Assembly: GCA_030167865.1 (NCBI GenBank)
Contig: JALAGF010001133.1
Coordinates: 1 to 64,000 of the forward strand
From: Craspedostauros australis
Taxonomy: Eukaryota
Direction: 5' to 3'
DNA length: 64,000 nt
This document shows, piece by piece, positions 61,354 through 64,000 of this stretch; within the stretch, counting starts at the first letter, position 1; each line of letters opens with the position of its first letter. Under the pieces are notes generated by a model that had not been told where the DNA came from, did no database searches, and was given only the letters and a program-made list of their open reading frames with translations. The translations under genes and the position numbers were made by a program.

Positions 61354-63432
61354 TCACTTGTCCCCGTCCGTGAGGCAGAGAAAGTGAATGTGTTCGATGC
61401 CAGGCAAGGACCTCAGCTCCCGCGGATTCTCCCAATAAAGGATATCCACCACCTCCGCTCTTTCCAGCAACTGCAAGCGTGCTTCTTCTATGTCTTTTGC
61501 AGTGATATCTTCCCCGATCTTCCACAGGACGAAGTGCACGATGTTGCGTTCAGTGTAATACGGAAAATCGTTGACCACCAACGCCGTTTTGGCCACTTTG
61601 CACTCCGATAGCGACGGAGTCACCTTCCATACCATTCTTGTTGCGGGTCGCGCTGTGGCATGGGCACGAGCACCCGTTTTGTCACCAGCATTGTCTTCTT
61701 CCTTCGATTCGCATGCGATTATCTCTCGCTTGAAACCAAATTTGGAATGTAGAATGAGATCGTAGATCGAGAACCAGTTGCGCTTCATTTCCCGTTTGGA
61801 TCTTTCGTAGACGATCTGTTGTTCTTCGGACCGCGAAAGCCTGAACACATTGCGTTCGACTTCGATGATGTGCTTCAAATCTGCCCAAGTGTATCTGATG
61901 GTTCGGTACCCGTATTTTAGCACCGGCAGTTGGATAATCTCATCGCCCTCGTCGTTTTCGCCGTCACGATCATCATCATCGGTCGTTGCAGCAGTGGCGG
62001 TGTTGATGTGTTCTTCCCTTGGAGGCGCATCTGCATTGACCTGCCCATTCGAAATGATATGTGCCCGTTCATTATCTTCGATGGGACTGCTACCAACAAC
62101 ACAAGGTCTCATCTGCTGGAGCAAATGGAAGTAGCACCAGTTGGGCGAATCAAACTTCATATCGTACCAAAAGTTGATCCCAACTGTCTCGCAGGATTGC
62201 GTGACTTTGTGAAACCACAGTGCTGGGAGGTAGAGCATCTCGCCTGCCTGGACACGAATCTGAATCGGGTGCACGTGCTGCAGGAGAGGAAATTCTCTCA
62301 GAAGACGACGCCTTTGCGAATGCAGCAATGGGGAGGTGTCCAGCAACTGCTCCACGTCCGGTTCGATCCATTGAACACGAGTGGAGCACGGCGGATCGTG
62401 GCCAACCGCACCGGCGCTGCCGTCATCCTGATCCAGTTGCACGAACCAGCTATTCCCTGCCGGAACGAAGGTTGCGCTGTCGTACTGTAGATGCTCGTAC
62501 AGAAAGGGAACAGACGCCGGCGGACAGATGGTGAAGATCTTCTCCCCGCTCGCCACATAGAACAGGTTCTCGTAGTGATCCTTGTGCATACTGGAGGTGG
62601 AGTGCTGATTCCCAATCCAAAGGTTGATGGCATCGGGCGGGCCAGTTCCGAATGCCTCCTCTCCCCACGGTACTGTTTGCGGGATGTCGCAGCCGTCGAC
62701 GTCATCTTGCAGCAGGAATGCAAACTCGTTGCGCAGACAATCGTTTTGACGTGAATAGTACACGGTGGACGATTGCGGCAGATCAGACGCCGGCAATGCG
62801 GCTGGCGTCGTTGCAATTGATTGTTCTTGTGTAGAAGGTAGTTGGTTGAGGAATGCACGATCGTTGCCATCCAACTTGACCTCCGTTGACTGGTGCTTAA
62901 GTTCTGCTTCTGCCTGATCGTCGCGAGCAACGTCGTTCTGCCGAAGCCTGTCTCTGAATTCGAGCACCGACATGTGCCGTTCATGTGGCTTCACGAAGAC
63001 CTTCTGTTCACACTTTGCGTGATGATCTGGACTGAGGCTCGGATCGTCGCCATGCTTCACCATCGTCCGGATGCAATCGCCATGCCCATCCGGTGTGACG
63101 TCCACCGTAATCTGATGGAGAGCATCACCTTCCATGCTTTCCATGCCTTGCTGGTGCTGCTCGAATCTGCGACAAATGTCATCCAACGTCAACCGAAGTG
63201 GATCATTCTTGCGTCTGGCTGCGTTGCGTATGACGCATGGCCGGTTGAGACTGACGTAGTCACGAAGGAATTCCAGGCTCGTGGGTGGCCCATCCAGCAC
63301 GGGAACATGCGACGAAGACGATGGGCTCCACAGCGAAGTGACATCCTCCACAAAGCTCTGCAGCACTTCATGTGACGCGCACAAAGATTCTGGCTGTTGC
63401 TTTTGGGGGGCATCCGTTTCACCGTTTCCCAT
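61354..63432 (-). CDS. JMJD7-like JmjC (cupin-8) oxygenase fused to a DUF3605 (Gig1-like) domain, ~692 aa
   Basis: Single uninterrupted ORF. JmjC motifs FLRDYVSLNRPCVI, VDVTPDGHGD, YYSRQND, DAINLWIG, MHKDHYENL, GEMLYLPALWFHKV, INFWYDM. After an acidic linker come the DUF3605 motifs NDFPYY...IVHFVLW...WENPRELRSLPGIEHIHF. Confidence 0.85.
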   Translation of the reverse strand: MGNGETDAPQKQQPESLCASHEVLQSFVEDVTSLWSPSSSSHVPVLDGPPTSLEFLRDYVSLNRPCVIRNAARRKNDPLRLTLDDICRRFEQHQQGMESMEGDALHQITVDVTPDGHGDCIRTMVKHGDDPSLSPDHHAKCEQKVFVKPHERHMSVLEFRDRLRQNDVARDDQAEAELKHQSTEVKLDGNDRAFLNQLPSTQEQSIATTPAALPASDLPQSSTVYYSRQNDCLRNEFAFLLQDDVDGCDIPQTVPWGEEAFGTGPPDAINLWIGNQHSTSSMHKDHYENLFYVASGEKIFTICPPASVPFLYEHLQYDSATFVPAGNSWFVQLDQDDGSAGAVGHDPPCSTRVQWIEPDVEQLLDTSPLLHSQRRRLLREFPLLQHVHPIQIRVQAGEMLYLPALWFHKVTQSCETVGINFWYDMKFDSPNWCYFHLLQQMRPCVVGSSPIEDNERAHIISNGQVNADAPPREEHINTATAATTDDDDRDGENDEGDEIIQLPVLKYGYRTIRYTWADLKHIIEVERNVFRLSRSEEQQIVYERSKREMKRNWFSIYDLILHSKFGFKREIIACESKEEDNAGDKTGARAHATARPATRMVWKVTPSLSECKVAKTALVVNDFPYYTERNIVHFVLWKIGEDITAKDIEEARLQLLERAEVVDILYWENPRELRSLPGIEHIHFLCLTDGDK

Positions 63433-64000
63433 ATTTGTGACTTCGATGAGCAATGGCAATGGAGACGGAAGTGTGCACGCTAAGACTGCAGTGTTGGTGC
63501 TTGAAAGCTGCGAGAGGGTGCGAGTAAGTATGGTGCAACACAAGTACTATTTATGCGGAGACTGAGGATGTTGTCCAACACGACGAGTATGCTGTCCGTT
63601 CTGTTTTGGCGCGCAAATCTTGTTTGTTGTGTGAATGATATTTGCGGTATTCATACAATATATTTTATTTAATCTGCTTCGTCATCATCAGTTGTAAATA
63701 CGGAATAACAATAGGTTTACCGCGGATCCACGACACGTTTCACTCCAACCCGACGCTCAAGTCCTTTTCGATCAGTTGGTTGTCTTGTTGTGTTTCACCT
63801 TTCATTTGTTGGTGCCAACGAATGTCTACGTCGAGCACTCCGCTCCAATCTCAAGCATAGTATTGTGACACCACACAAGCCACACGCCCCACTTGCATCA
63901 GGGTCATGACATCGGCATCGACATCGACACCAGGTCTCCGCGGATACCTCGGAATCGACAATGGAACGCAAGGTCTTTCGGTGGTGTTCACCGACGAGGA

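Overview
Eukaryotic nuclear DNA, almost certainly from a diatom. The evidence is GT-AG spliceosomal introns, bipartite ASAFAP-type plastid-targeting presequences and the diatom-expanded DUF6824 family. There is one assembly gap (N run 199-241). By hand I reconstructed about 19 protein-coding genes and 15 phase-consistent introns: a heavily interrupted Ser/Thr kinase, a UBC4/5-type E2, RBX1, several hypothetical proteins, a COPI-associated membrane protein, a tandem pair of secreted CIA30-like proteins, plastid RPE, an OPR/RAP protein, a DUF2358 protein, FCP1, a tandem pair of DUF6824 proteins, an EF-hand NCKX exchanger, a fused TrpE-TrpG anthranilate synthase with SAP-like C-terminal motifs, and a JMJD7-like JmjC::DUF3605 fusion. 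A frameshifted STAND/AAA-TPR gene relic is also present. The most notable unexplained features are a densely base-paired non-coding segment at 1-410 (candidate structured RNA or mobile-element end), the recurrent non-coding octamer TACGAGTA, and the two unusual domain fusions at the right end. I recognised no tRNA, rRNA or CRISPR array. All family calls come from recognising motifs by eye, not from database searches. Most ORFs in the supplied track are spurious antisense or shadow frames.
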